Assembly (NCBI GenBank): GCA_966203835.1
Contig: CBIHKW010000004.1
Span: 705 to 64,704, forward strand
DNA: 64,000 bases
DNA from: an uncultured Thermomonas sp.
GTDB lineage: Bacteria; Pseudomonadota; Gammaproteobacteria; Xanthomonadales; Xanthomonadaceae
Direction: 5' to 3'
Both the position numbers and the translations under genes were made by a program. Below are positions 16,845 to 27,747 of this stretch, piece after piece (position 1 is the stretch's first letter; each line of letters starts with the position of its first letter). Under the pieces are notes generated by a model. The model saw only the letters and a program-made list of their open reading frames with translations, did not search any database and had not been told where the DNA came from.

Positions 16845-17650
16845 CGCGATGCGTCGTTCATCGGAATATCCGACAGAAATGTCGATACATGCGCAACAAC
16901 CTCATCGACATGGGTCAGAAACGGCGCATGCCCCGCGTGTTCGATCTGCGCGAAGGTCGCGGGCGCATGGCCAGTCTGTTCGATCATCGCGACGGCCTCG
17001 CGCATCGCGCGCGGGTCGACCAGGCGGTCGCGACGGCCGGCGATCCACAGACTCGGCACGCGCAATTGCGGGAGCAGCGGCCGCTGATCGACGGTTTCGA
17101 GAATGCGCAGGCCGTCGACGAGCACGCGCGCCGCGGGTTCGCCGCGTGCGAACAGTTCGGCGCGCAGTTCGCGCATCTCTTCCTTGGCGTGATCGGAGCC
17201 GAAGGCTTCCAGCGCGACGAAACGATCGAGCGTGGCGCGATAATCGTCGCTCAGGCCTTTGGCGAAATCGCGGAAGATCTCCGCCGACACGCCGTAGCGC
17301 CAGTCGGGGCCGCGCACGAAACACGGGCTGCTGCACAGCGCGATCAGCGCCGGCACTCGAGCTGGGTCGCGTACCGCCGCATGCAGCGCGAACATGCCGC
17401 CCAACGACCAGCCGAGCCACGGCGCGACCGGCGTCTGTGCGCGGATGGCCTCGCAGACCGCATCGAATTCGAGCGGCGTTGCGTGATCGCGACTCAGGCC
17501 GTGACCGGGCAGGTCGATCACATGCAGCGTGTATCGATCGCGCAGGCGTTCGACCAGCGCAGCGAAGACGCCGCCGTGCATCGCCCAGCCGTGCAGCAAC
17601 ACCAGCGGCGGGCCGTCGCCGCTGACAGTCATGTGCAGACGTTCGCTCAT
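16841..17650 (-). CDS. bioH: pimeloyl-ACP methyl ester carboxylesterase BioH
   Basis: I chose the internal start [29 protein letters not shown]. It has the nucleophile elbow GWSLGG and sits between bioF and bioC. Confidence 0.85.
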   Translation of the reverse strand: MSERLHMTVSGDGPPLVLLHGWAMHGGVFAALVERLRDRYTLHVIDLPGHGLSRDHATPLEFDAVCEAIRAQTPVAPWLGWSLGGMFALHAAVRDPARVPALIALCSSPCFVRGPDWRYGVSAEIFRDFAKGLSDDYRATLDRFVALEAFGSDHAKEEMRELRAELFARGEPAARVLVDGLRILETVDQRPLLPQLRVPSLWIAGRRDRLVDPRAMREAVAMIEQTGHAPATFAQIEHAGHAPFLTHVDEVVAHVSTFLSDIPMNDASR

Positions 17651-18059
17651 GATTGCGGCGCGAGTGGCTCTGGTGTGAGTGGCCGCGGTGCGGCGCTCCG
17701 CGCGGCGCGGATCATCGGTTCGAGGATGCGCCACTGCACGCCGATGTCGCGCGCGAACCAGTGGGTGATGCGGCGGCGCCAGCGCGGCTGACGGCGGATC
17801 GTTTCGATGCGTTCGAGCAGCCAGGCTTCGTCGAAGCCCGCCCATTCGCCGGTCACGCTCATCAGGTTCTGGTACAGCGCCGGATGCACGTCGTACATCA
17901 GCATTTCGTGCAGTGCTTCGAGTGAATACGGCGACGCGACCAGCGTGCGCACGATGTAATCGTGCAACAGCGCGACATCGGTATCGAGATAGAGATCCGA
18001 CAGCGCGTTCCAGACCGGGATGCGTGCGTCGGCGTCATCGGGAACAGCCACCACCGACC

Positions 18060-18063
<4 letters not shown>
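17647..18063 (-). CDS. hypothetical protein embedded in the biotin operon
   Basis: 138-aa ORF with ATGA overlaps at both ends (with the bioF stop and the bioH start). I recognise no family. Confidence 0.6.
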
Positions 18064-19265
<1,202 letters not shown>

Positions 19266-19292
19266 GGCGGACAGCTCGGTCGGGCGGTGCGG

Positions 19293-20366
19293 TCAGGCTG
19301 CTTGGAAGCAGGGAGTCGGGGTCTCGCCGGTATCGGCGGCGTTGGTATCGAGAGGATTTGTGTCAAGAATATCGGCATGCACGGTGCCGGCGGTTTCCAC
19401 CACCGCCATCGGCTTCAGACCGAGGCGCTCGAACAGCGCGAGGTCGCGCTCGGTGTCCGGGTTACCGGTGGTCAGCAGCTTTTCGCCGTAGAAGATCGAG
19501 TTGGCGCCGGCGAGGAAGCATAGCGCCTGCAGCTCGTCGCTCATGGTTTCGCGGCCGGCCGACAGCCGTACCATCGATTTGGGCATCATGATCCGCGCCG
19601 CGGCAATGGTGCGCACGAACTCGAACGGGTCCAACTCGGTCGTCCCGTGCAGCGGCGTGCCTTCCACCTGCACCAGCCGGTTGATCGGCACCGAATCCGG
19701 GTGCGCCGGCAGGTTCGCCAGCATCTGCAGCAGGCCAGCGCGCTGGCGGCGGCTCTCGCCCATGCCGACAATGCCGCCGCAGCAGGTCTTCATGCCGGCG
19801 TCGCGGACATGGCCGAGGGTGTCGAGGCGGTCCTGCAGTTCGCGGGTCTGGATGATGTCGCCGTAGAACTCGGGCGCGGTGTCCAGATTGTGGTTGTAGT
19901 AATCGAGGCCGGCGGCCTTCAGCGCCGTGGCCTGTTCGCCGCTGAGCATGCCCAGGGTGGCGCAGGTTTCCAGCCCCAGCGCCTTCACCTCGCGGATCAT
20001 CGCGGCGACTTTCGGGATGTCGCGATCCTTCGGCGAGCGCCACGCGGCGCCCATGCAGAAGCGCGAGGCGCCGGCGGCCTTGGCCTGCTTCGCCTTCTCC
20101 ACCACAGCGTCGGTGTCCATCAGCTTGGTGGCTTCGACGCCGGTGTGGTAACGCTGGGCCTGCGGACAGTAGGCGCAGTCTTCCGGGCAGCCGCCGGTCT
20201 TCACCGACAGCAGGGTGCTGACCTGGACCTCGCTGGGGTCGAAGTGGTCCCGATGCACCTCGCCCGCGCGCTGCAACAGCACCGGGAACGGCAGCGCGAG
20301 CAGCGCCTCGACCTCGGTACGGCTCCAATCGTGGCGCGGGAGGGCGGAAAGACTGACAGCAGGCAT
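19293..20366 (-). CDS. bioB: biotin synthase BioB
   Basis: Radical-SAM motif [11 protein letters not shown] chose the start at [14 protein letters not shown]; the track ORF extends to 20582. Confidence 0.95.
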   Translation of the reverse strand: MPAVSLSALPRHDWSRTEVEALLALPFPVLLQRAGEVHRDHFDPSEVQVSTLLSVKTGGCPEDCAYCPQAQRYHTGVEATKLMDTDAVVEKAKQAKAAGASRFCMGAAWRSPKDRDIPKVAAMIREVKALGLETCATLGMLSGEQATALKAAGLDYYNHNLDTAPEFYGDIIQTRELQDRLDTLGHVRDAGMKTCCGGIVGMGESRRQRAGLLQMLANLPAHPDSVPINRLVQVEGTPLHGTTELDPFEFVRTIAAARIMMPKSMVRLSAGRETMSDELQALCFLAGANSIFYGEKLLTTGNPDTERDLALFERLGLKPMAVVETAGTVHADILDTNPLDTNAADTGETPTPCFQAA

Positions 20367-20415
20367 CGGGGTTTCCTGACGGACACGGCGCAGCGGGACG
20401 GGCAGTCTGGAAAGC

Positions 20416-21147
20416 ATGTTCAGCCCTGTCAACCTTATACAACGCCAACGCGTCAGTCCGCGCCTCGCCCGGCTGCTGGACCGGCTGTGGCCGGCGCACT
20501 GCCTGGTCTGCGGCGAAACCGGCGGATCGGGCCGCCATACCCTGTGCCCGGCCTGCCATCGGACCCTGCCCTGGAACCGCAACGCCTGCCTGCGCTGCGG
20601 CCTGCCGCTGGCCCTGCCGGCCGACGCCTGCGGCCACTGCCAGCGCCGACCGCCGCCGCTGACCGAAACCCGGGCGGTGTTCCGCTACGAACGCCCGCTG
20701 GACCGCCTGCTGCCGCGGCTGAAGTTCCACAACGACCTCGCCGCCGGCCGGCTCTGCGGCGAACTCATGGCCAGCACCCTGGCCGAAGCCCAACGGCCGG
20801 ACGCGCTGATCCCGCTACCGCTGCACCGCAGGCGCCTGCGCGGCCGCGGCTTCGATCAGGCGTTCGAGCTGGCCAAACCGCTGGCCGGCGCCCTGCGCCT
20901 GCCGCTGCTGGACGATGCGCTGCTGCGGGTGCGCGACACCGCCCCGCAGTCGCGACTGGACGCCCCGGCCCGGCGCCGCAACCTGCGCCGCGCATTCGCG
21001 GTGCGGCCGGGAACGGCATTGCCCGCGCACATCGCGCTGGTCGACGACGTGATGACCACAGGCGCGACCCTGCACGCCGCCGCCGATGCGCTGCTGCGCG
21101 CGGGCGTCATACGGGTGGATGCCTGGGTGTGCGCGCGGGTGGCGTGA
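20416..21147 (+). CDS. comF: ComF family protein (phosphoribosyltransferase domain)
   Basis: 243 aa with N-terminal Cys pairs (CLVC, CPAC, CLRC, CGHC) and the C-terminal PRTase motif [14 protein letters not shown]. Confidence 0.8.
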   Translation: MFSPVNLIQRQRVSPRLARLLDRLWPAHCLVCGETGGSGRHTLCPACHRTLPWNRNACLRCGLPLALPADACGHCQRRPPPLTETRAVFRYERPLDRLLPRLKFHNDLAAGRLCGELMASTLAEAQRPDALIPLPLHRRRLRGRGFDQAFELAKPLAGALRLPLLDDALLRVRDTAPQSRLDAPARRRNLRRAFAVRPGTALPAHIALVDDVMTTGATLHAAADALLRAGVIRVDAWVCARVA

Positions 21148-21165
21148 AAACAACCACGCTGCGCG

Positions 21166-22125
21166 TTATTGAACATAGGTTGCGGGCGGCGGCGGCGGAG
21201 GTGGCGGTTCTCCGGGCGGGCGCGGGCGGGATGGATCCGGAGGAGGAGGCAGAGGCTCACAGATCGGGCAGTGGCCAAGATCGGTTTCCGAAGCACGACC
21301 GGCCACGGCGAGCGTCTGCCGGATATCTTCCAGACGCGCGGCCACCAACGGTGTGCGCTCCATTCCGTAACGTTCGGCGAGTCGGTACAGCGCTCCTGCG
21401 TTCTCGATCGGTCCACCGGCGAGATTGAGCGTGGCCCAATCAGACAGCAGATTGGCGACGACCGGATCCTTCGGTTTCACGAACGGCAATCGTTCGCGGA
21501 GTTGATAAGCGAACGCGCGCTCCAGCTCATGAGGCTTCACTGGTCGGCCGTCGTTGCCGTCCGGATAGGCTTTTGGCAGCGAGGGCACGACGATAGGGTC
21601 GAAAACGACACCGGCGACAGAACGACCGTCGAGAAAGCGCGGGTTGTCTTTCAACGCGAGCTTGGCCACCAGAATGCGCGCATGCAGCCATTCGGTGCCT
21701 TCGTGCTCGCGACGGTCGCGACGGATGCCGAGCCGGATCCAGCGCAATGCGAGCGCGTCGCGGCCCATCAGCTCGAGCGCCGTGCCGAGATTGGCCGCGG
21801 TCTGGTGTCGCCCCGGATACAGGGCCTCGATCCGGACGAACAGGCGGGTCGCAGCGGCGTAGTTGTCCTGATAGATCAGCAGGACGCCCAGATTGGTCAA
21901 ACTGTCGAAATCCGGCTTGGCCAGGGCCTGCTCGATGATCTCTTCTTTCCGGCTTCGCCAGGATTCCTGTGCATACGGATTGGTCATGGTGGCGATCATG
22001 TCGTCGCCGACGAACTCGAACGCTTCGAAACGTCGCCCGGCGTGATCGGTCGTCGGCGAGGGATTGATGCACGCCAACACCGACGGCGACACCAGCAGCG
22101 CCCCCAACAGCCACCATTTCTTCAT
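21166..22125 (-). CDS. secreted TPR-like hypothetical protein with a poly-proline C-terminus
   Basis: 319 aa with a signal peptide, helical-repeat-like middle and the tail CPICEPLPPPPDPSRPRPPGEPPPPPPPP. Confidence 0.55.
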   Translation of the reverse strand: MKKWWLLGALLVSPSVLACINPSPTTDHAGRRFEAFEFVGDDMIATMTNPYAQESWRSRKEEIIEQALAKPDFDSLTNLGVLLIYQDNYAAATRLFVRIEALYPGRHQTAANLGTALELMGRDALALRWIRLGIRRDRREHEGTEWLHARILVAKLALKDNPRFLDGRSVAGVVFDPIVVPSLPKAYPDGNDGRPVKPHELERAFAYQLRERLPFVKPKDPVVANLLSDWATLNLAGGPIENAGALYRLAERYGMERTPLVAARLEDIRQTLAVAGRASETDLGHCPICEPLPPPPDPSRPRPPGEPPPPPPPPATYVQ

Positions 22126-22192
22126 CCGAACACTCCTCGACCCGTTTCGTCGTTCGACACCAGAACCGGGACCGGGTTCCAGCGCAAGCCGC

Positions 22193-22480
22193 TCACCACT
22201 CGAACAACTTGAAATACACCGGCGACACGTCCTTGTCCTCGTCGAGGCGGCCGTCGCCGTTGCGGTCGTAGAGATAGAACGCCGGGCCGCGCTTGGGCTG
22301 GACCTTCACCACCCGCAGCTGGCCCGCAACGCGGTATTCGGTGATCTCGTCGCCGTTGGGCTGGATCTTGGTCGCGGCGACCGCATCGGCCGGAATCCCG
22401 GTGTCGGCGCTGTCGCCGGTGGTGGCGCAACCGCCGAGGGCAAGCATCAGGGGCAGTACGAGCAGGATCGAACGGCGCAT
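22193..22480 (-). CDS. DUF2782-like small lipoprotein
   Basis: I chose the start MRRSILLVLPLMLALGGC (lipobox). It lies divergent from polA, the position I recall for DUF2782 genes in gammaproteobacteria. Confidence 0.7.
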   Translation of the reverse strand: MRRSILLVLPLMLALGGCATTGDSADTGIPADAVAATKIQPNGDEITEYRVAGQLRVVKVQPKRGPAFYLYDRNGDGRLDEDKDVSPVYFKLFEW

Positions 22481-22587
22481 GGCGGTCTCCGGCGGCGGGG
22501 GTGCGGCGATTATGCGCCGCAGGGCGTGAACCATCCGTGCCGCCGGTGGCGGTTCGGTCGCCCGGAGACGCGGAGTAGAATCCGCCC

Positions 22588-25353
22588 ATGACACGACTCG
22601 TACTGATCGACGGTTCTTCCTACCTCTACCGCGCCTTCCACGCGCTGCCGCCGCTGAGCAACGCGCAGGGCGAGCCCACCGGCGCGCTGTTCGGCATCGT
22701 CAACATGCTGCGCAGCCATCTCAAGGAAAAACCCGAATACATCGCCTTCGTGGTCGATGCCTCCGGCCCGACCTTCCGCGACGACCTCGACCCGCAGTAC
22801 AAGGCCAATCGCCCGCCGATGCCGGACGAGTTGCGCGCGCAGATCGAGCCGATGATGAAGATCGTCGAAGCCCTGGGCATGCCGATCCTGCGCGTGCCGG
22901 GCGTGGAAGCCGACGATGTGATCGGCACGCTGGCGGTGCAGGGCGCCGCCGACGGCCTGACCGTCACTATTTCCACCGGCGACAAGGACTTCGCACAGCT
23001 GGTGCGCCCGGGTCTGGCGCTGGTCAATACGATGAGCGGCAGCCGTCTCGACAGCGACGAATCGGTGATGGCGAAGTTCGGCGTGCGCGCCGACCAGATC
23101 ATCGATCTGCTGTCGCTGATGGGCGATTCGGTCGACAACATTCCCGGCGTCGAGAAGTGCGGGCCGAAGACCGCGGCGAAATGGCTGGCCGAGTACGACT
23201 CGCTGGAGAACGTCATCGCCCATGCCGATGCGATCAAGGGCAAGATCGGCGAGAACCTGCGCGCGGCATTGCCGCGGCTGCCGCTGAACCGGCAGCTGGC
23301 GACGATCAAGCTCGATGTACCGCTCGACGGCGGCCCGACCACGCTGGCGCTGCGAGAACCGCACGTCGACGATCTGCGCGTGCTGTACGCGCGCTACGGC
23401 TTCAATCAGGCGCTGAAGGAACTCGGCGGCGGCGACCCTGCGGCGATCGCATCGGCAGAGCTTGCCGGGATGCGCAACACCGCAGCCGGCTACGCGCGCA
23501 GCACGACGACCGAAGACGAGGCGCCGGATCCCGCGCTGGCCGCCAAAGGCACGTACGAGACCGTGCAGACCCGCGAACAACTCGACGCGTGGATCGCCAG
23601 ACTCGACGCCGCGGAAGAATTCGCGTTCGACACCGAAACCGACGCGCTGGACGCGATGCGGGCAAACCTGGTCGGGCTGAGTTTTTCCACCGAACCCGGC
23701 AACGGCTGCTACATCCCGGTCGGCCACACCTATCCCGGCGCGCCGGCGCAGCTCGACCTGCGCGACACGCTCGACGCGCTGCGCCCGCTGCTGGAAAGCG
23801 CGCGGCACCGCAAGCTTGGCCAGCACGGCAAATACGACATCCACATCCTGCGCCGCCACGGCGTGAACGTCGACGGCTACGCCGACGACACCATGCTGGA
23901 AAGTTTCATCTGGAATTCCAGCGCAACCCGCCACGACATGGATTCGCTGGCCAAACGCTATCTCGGCTACGACACCATCAAGTTCGAGGCCGTGGCCGGC
24001 AAGGGCGCGAAGCAGATTTCGTTCTCGGAAGTGGCGATCGACGACGCCACGACCTACGCCGCCGAGGATGCCGACATCACCCTGCGCCTGCATCGCGTGC
24101 TCTCGGCGAAGCTCGCGGAGATCCCGACGCTGCAGACGGTCTACCGCGACATCGAAATCCCACTGGTGCCGGTGCTGGCGCGGATGGAAGCCAACGGCAT
24201 CCTGATCGACGCCGACGAACTGCGCCGACAGAGCGTCGACCTGTCGCGGCGGATGCTCATCGCGCAGCAGAAGGCGACCGAGCTAGCGGGGCGCACCTTC
24301 AATCTCGACTCGCCCAAGCAGTTGCAGGCGCTGCTGTTCGACGAACTCAAGCTGCCGGCGCTGGTGAAAACACCGACCGGCCAGCCGTCGACGAACGAAG
24401 AGGCGCTGGAAGCCATCGCCGACCAGCACGAGCTGCCGCGGATCATCCTCGAATACCGCGGCCTCGCGAAACTGCGCAGCACCTACACCGACAAGCTCTC
24501 GGAAATGGTGAATCCGGACACCGGCCGCGTGCATACCAGCTATCACCAGGCCGGCGCCGCCACCGGCCGCCTGTCGTCCAACGATCCGAATCTGCAGAAC
24601 ATCCCGATCCGCACCGAGGACGGCCGCCGCATCCGCAAGGCCTTCATCGCACCGCCGGGCCGCAAGCTGATCGCCTGCGATTACTCGCAGATCGAACTGC
24701 GGATCATGGCCCACCTCTCCGAAGACGCCGGCCTGCTGCGCGCCTTCGCCGCCGGCGCCGACATCCACCGCGCCACCGCGGCGGAAGTGTTCGGCAAACC
24801 GCTGGAAGACGTGAGCGGCAACGAACGCCGCGCCGCCAAGGCGATCAACTTCGGCCTGATGTACGGCATGAGCGCCTTCGGCCTCGCGAAGCAGCTGGAC
24901 ATCGGCCGCGGCGAGGCCCAGGACTACATCGCGCTGTACTTCAGCCGTTATCCCGGCGTGCGCGAATTCATGGACCGCACCCGCAAGGACGCGCACGAAC
25001 GCGGCTACGTCGAAACCGTGTTCGGCCGCCGGCTGTATCTGGACAACATCAACGCCCGCAACCAGGGCCTGCGCGCCGGCGCCGAACGCGCCGCGATCAA
25101 CGCGCCGATGCAGGGCACCGCCGCCGACATCATCAAGCGGGCGATGATCGACATCGACCTCTGGATCGCCGGCCATGCCGACACAGCGAAAATGCTGCTG
25201 CAGGTCCACGACGAACTGGTGTTCGAGTGCGACGAGGGTTTCGTCGACACTCTGGTGCGTGAAGCCACCGCGCGGATGGCGGCGGCCGCCGAGCTGCGGG
25301 TGCCGTTGGTGATCGATTCGGGAGTTGGGGATAACTGGGACGAGGCGCACTGA
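22588..25353 (+). CDS. polA: DNA polymerase I
   Basis: 921 aa with a 5'-nuclease N-terminus, a 3'-5' exonuclease region (FDTETD) and polymerase motifs DYSQIELR and QVHDELVFE. Confidence 0.98.
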   Translation: MTRLVLIDGSSYLYRAFHALPPLSNAQGEPTGALFGIVNMLRSHLKEKPEYIAFVVDASGPTFRDDLDPQYKANRPPMPDELRAQIEPMMKIVEALGMPILRVPGVEADDVIGTLAVQGAADGLTVTISTGDKDFAQLVRPGLALVNTMSGSRLDSDESVMAKFGVRADQIIDLLSLMGDSVDNIPGVEKCGPKTAAKWLAEYDSLENVIAHADAIKGKIGENLRAALPRLPLNRQLATIKLDVPLDGGPTTLALREPHVDDLRVLYARYGFNQALKELGGGDPAAIASAELAGMRNTAAGYARSTTTEDEAPDPALAAKGTYETVQTREQLDAWIARLDAAEEFAFDTETDALDAMRANLVGLSFSTEPGNGCYIPVGHTYPGAPAQLDLRDTLDALRPLLESARHRKLGQHGKYDIHILRRHGVNVDGYADDTMLESFIWNSSATRHDMDSLAKRYLGYDTIKFEAVAGKGAKQISFSEVAIDDATTYAAEDADITLRLHRVLSAKLAEIPTLQTVYRDIEIPLVPVLARMEANGILIDADELRRQSVDLSRRMLIAQQKATELAGRTFNLDSPKQLQALLFDELKLPALVKTPTGQPSTNEEALEAIADQHELPRIILEYRGLAKLRSTYTDKLSEMVNPDTGRVHTSYHQAGAATGRLSSNDPNLQNIPIRTEDGRRIRKAFIAPPGRKLIACDYSQIELRIMAHLSEDAGLLRAFAAGADIHRATAAEVFGKPLEDVSGNERRAAKAINFGLMYGMSAFGLAKQLDIGRGEAQDYIALYFSRYPGVREFMDRTRKDAHERGYVETVFGRRLYLDNINARNQGLRAGAERAAINAPMQGTAADIIKRAMIDIDLWIAGHADTAKMLLQVHDELVFECDEGFVDTLVREATARMAAAAELRVPLVIDSGVGDNWDEAH

Positions 25354-25390
25354 GAACCTGTTCAAAATCCCGGGCCTGGAAAAATATTCT

Positions 25391-25490
25391 GTCATCCCGA
25401 ACGAGGGCGAAGCCCGAGGAGGGATCTGCTTATCGCCGGCAGCCACAACAGCAGATCCCTCCACCCGCTGGCGCGGGCGTTCGGGATGAC
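25391..25490. mobile_element. MITE/REP-like 100-bp imperfect palindrome
   Basis: Terminal inverted repeats gtcatcccgaacg/cgttcgggatgac with inner arms aggagggatctgct/agcagatccctcc. It has no coding capacity. Confidence 0.5.
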
Positions 25491-25854
25491 ACGGCGTAGC
25501 GGTTTGCGGTTGAGGGTCCCACTGCTGCAGGAAATGCTCATGCGGTGACAGGAGATTTTGGACAGGCTCTGAGAGCATCCGCGCTTCCAGTCCATCGCGC
25601 ATGGCGATGCGTTTGTCCACGCTACGGATTTGAAGTCCGACTGGCGCGGACGAAGCGCACTGACAGCAATCGCTGTGTTCTACTGGAAAGCCTTGAAAAC
25701 ATTATGATCCTGCCAGTTCAGACAGGTTTTTCAGGCCGATTCATCGTTAGCTGAACGAACGATGCACCAGCAGTGAATCGATCCTGAATTCATCGCGCCG
25801 ATAAGCGAAATCTTTACGAACTCTCCGCCCACTCCATGGTCAACTTACTCGCGA

Positions 25855-25968
25855 CGGATGCAACGTCCGTCGCAGACCACCCCCTCCCCTGGAGTGGTCG
25901 CCGGAACGTAAGACTCTCCCCAAGTCCCGTTCCCAGCCCCGCCGGTTCCCCCACCTGCGGGGCTTTTT
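25855..25968 (+). ncRNA. sX13-like small RNA (three C-rich-loop hairpins, the last a terminator)
   Basis: Three hairpins: 25875-25899 (loop CCCCUCCCCUGGA), 25903-25933 (apical loop CUCCCCA) and 25935-25964 (loop containing UUCCCCCA) followed by a U-run. It lies downstream of polA, as I recall for Xanthomonas sX13. The 5' end is uncertain by about 20 nt. Confidence 0.6.
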
Positions 25969-26038
25969 ATTGCCCGACGTTTTGTCATTGCCCGGCACCA
26001 GGAGGACACTGGCCGCATCTGCCCCTCCGGTGCCGCCC

Positions 26039-26548
26039 ATGTCCGACCTTTTCCAACTGTCAGCGCCCTGGTGGCATTTCCCGCTGCGCGCGGTCGCTGT
26101 CTATGTGCTGGTCATGGTGCTGGTGCGCGCATCCGGCAAGCGCGCGGTGGGGCAGTTCACGCCGTTCGACCTGGTGCTGCTGATCCTGATCGGCAACGCG
26201 GTGCAGAACGGGCTCAACGGCGGCGACAACTCGCTGACCGGCGCCGCGCTGCTGGCGGTCTGCCTGATCGCACTGAATTACGCGGTCGCCCTGATCGCCG
26301 CGCGCAGCCCGGGCGCACGCAAGGTGATCGAAGGCGAACCGGTGATCCTGGCGCGCGATGGCACGGTCCACCGCGACGTGCTGCGCCGGCAACTGGTGAG
26401 CAATGCCGACTTCCACGAGGCCATGCGCGAGGCCGGCTGCACCGACATCGAGCGGATCCGCGTGGCGACGCTGGAAACCAACGGGCGGATCAGCATCGTG
26501 TTGGCCGATCCGCCAAGCCCGCCTTCGCAGGAGGGCCTGCCTTTGTAG
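26039..26548 (+). CDS. DUF421 (YetF-like) membrane protein
   Basis: I chose the start MSDLFQLSAPWW. It has the N-terminal TM region ASGKRAVGQFTPFDLVLLILIGNAVQN, typical of DUF421. Confidence 0.75.
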   Translation: MSDLFQLSAPWWHFPLRAVAVYVLVMVLVRASGKRAVGQFTPFDLVLLILIGNAVQNGLNGGDNSLTGAALLAVCLIALNYAVALIAARSPGARKVIEGEPVILARDGTVHRDVLRRQLVSNADFHEAMREAGCTDIERIRVATLETNGRISIVLADPPSPPSQEGLPL

Positions 26549-26642
26549 GAGGGCCTTCAGGCCCGAGCTTTGTGTGAAGGCTCTCTGCGAACATCGGTCT
26601 GAAGCCCTCACGCAAAAAGCTCGGGCCTGAAGGCCCTCCTAC
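26545..26642. repeat. REP inverted pair (GTAGGAGGGCCTTCAGGCCCGAGC family)
   Basis: 26-nt arms gtaggagggccttcaggcccgagctt / aagctcgggcctgaaggccctcctac. Partial extra copies run to 26678. A second pair is at 55472-55548. Confidence 0.8.
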
Positions 26643-26673
26643 GGAAGCGGGCCTTCCTACGGAGCCGGGCCTC

Positions 26674-27591
26674 CTACGACGCCTCGCCCAGCCAATCCCG
26701 CGGCGTGAGGTACGCCTGCAGCCGCGCCTCGTCGCTGTCGGTTTCGGGCTGGTAGCCGTATTCCCAGCGCACCAGCGGCGGCAGGCTCATCAGGATCGAT
26801 TCGGTGCGCCCGCCGGATTGCAGGCCGAACAGGGTGCCGCGGTCGAACACCAGATTGAATTCGACGTAGCGACCACGCCGATACAACTGGAACTGGCGTT
26901 CCCGTTCGCCATAGGCCGTGTCCTTGCGACGTTCGACCAGCGGCAGATAGGCATCGAGGAAACCGTCGCCGACCGCGCGCTGATACGCGAAGTCGCGCTC
27001 GAAGTCGCCATGCAGATCGTCGAAGAACAGCCCGCCGACGCCGCGGGTCTCATTGCGATGCTTGAGGAAGAAATACTCGTCGCACCACTGCTTGTGCGCG
27101 ACGTAGCGCGCTTCGCCGCCGAAGGGTTCGCACAGATCGCGCGCGGTCCGGTGCCAGTGGCGCACGTCGTCGTCGAAGGGATAGAACGGCGTCAGGTCGA
27201 AGCCGCCGCCGAACCACCAGGCCACGGTTTCGCCGTCGCGCGTCGCGCGGAAATGGCGGACATTGGCATGCGTGGTCGGCAGGTAGGGATTGCGCGGATG
27301 GAACACCAGCGACACGCCGACCGCGCGCCACGACGCCCCCGCAAGCTCCGGCCGCGCCGCGGTCGCCGACGGCGGCAACTTGATGCCCGAAACATCCGAG
27401 AATCCGACCCCGGCCTGCTCGAACACCGCGCCGTCGCGCAGGATCCGCGTGCGGCCACCGCCACCCTCGGCGCGCTCCCAGAGATCTTCCTTGAACGTCG
27501 CGCCCCCGTCGGCGCCCTCGATCGCGGTGCAGAGGCGGTCCTGCAGACCGGTGAGGTAGTCGCGGACGCGGAGAAATTCGGAGTCGGTCAT
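26674..27591 (-). CDS. hemF: oxygen-dependent coproporphyrinogen III oxidase
   Basis: 305 aa with full-length HemF-like sequence ([41 protein letters not shown]). Confidence 0.95.
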   Translation of the reverse strand: MTDSEFLRVRDYLTGLQDRLCTAIEGADGGATFKEDLWERAEGGGGRTRILRDGAVFEQAGVGFSDVSGIKLPPSATAARPELAGASWRAVGVSLVFHPRNPYLPTTHANVRHFRATRDGETVAWWFGGGFDLTPFYPFDDDVRHWHRTARDLCEPFGGEARYVAHKQWCDEYFFLKHRNETRGVGGLFFDDLHGDFERDFAYQRAVGDGFLDAYLPLVERRKDTAYGERERQFQLYRRGRYVEFNLVFDRGTLFGLQSGGRTESILMSLPPLVRWEYGYQPETDSDEARLQAYLTPRDWLGEAS

Positions 27592-27619
27592 GGTTGCGGG
27601 CTCGTAACGAAGCGGTGTC

Positions 27620-27740
27620 GTAGGGCGGGCCCTGGCCCGCCGTTACGGTACATCCGTTCGCACAGCACGTTCGGCGAAACGGTTTTGATCATTGTCGAAA
27701 GCATCGGAAAATTGCAATGGCGGGCCTGGGCCCGCCCTAC
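27620..27740. repeat. REP inverted pair (GTAGGGCGGGCCCTGGCCCGCC family)
   Basis: gtagggcgggccctggcccgcc at 27620-27641 and ggcgggcctgggcccgccctac at 27719-27740, between hemF and uvrD. Confidence 0.75.
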
Positions 27741-27747
27741 AAGACAA

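Noticed and set aside
20367-20415. A BirA/BioR-type operator in the bioB-comF intergenic region.
   Set aside because: The gap is only 49 bp and I could see no convincing palindrome. No claim can be made without a known operator consensus for this clade.
25392-25595. 67-aa - strand ORF and 69-aa + strand ORF (25545..25754) in the polA-downstream gap.
   Set aside because: The first is largely encoded by the MITE-like palindrome. Neither has an SD sequence, a recognisable fold or plausible composition.
25742-25764. The hairpin catcgtt-agctgaacg-aacgatg, which contains GTTAGCT and ctgaacgaac and resembles part of attC2.
   Set aside because: It is a single short stem with no paired RYYYAAC box and no adjacent cassette-like ORF, so the similarity is probably coincidental.
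25813-25850. A sigma70 promoter for the sX13-like sRNA (TTTACG ... TCAACT/CATGGT).
   Set aside because: The candidate -35 and -10 hexamers have poor matches or the wrong spacing (16 or 21 nt). I left the 5' end undefined instead.
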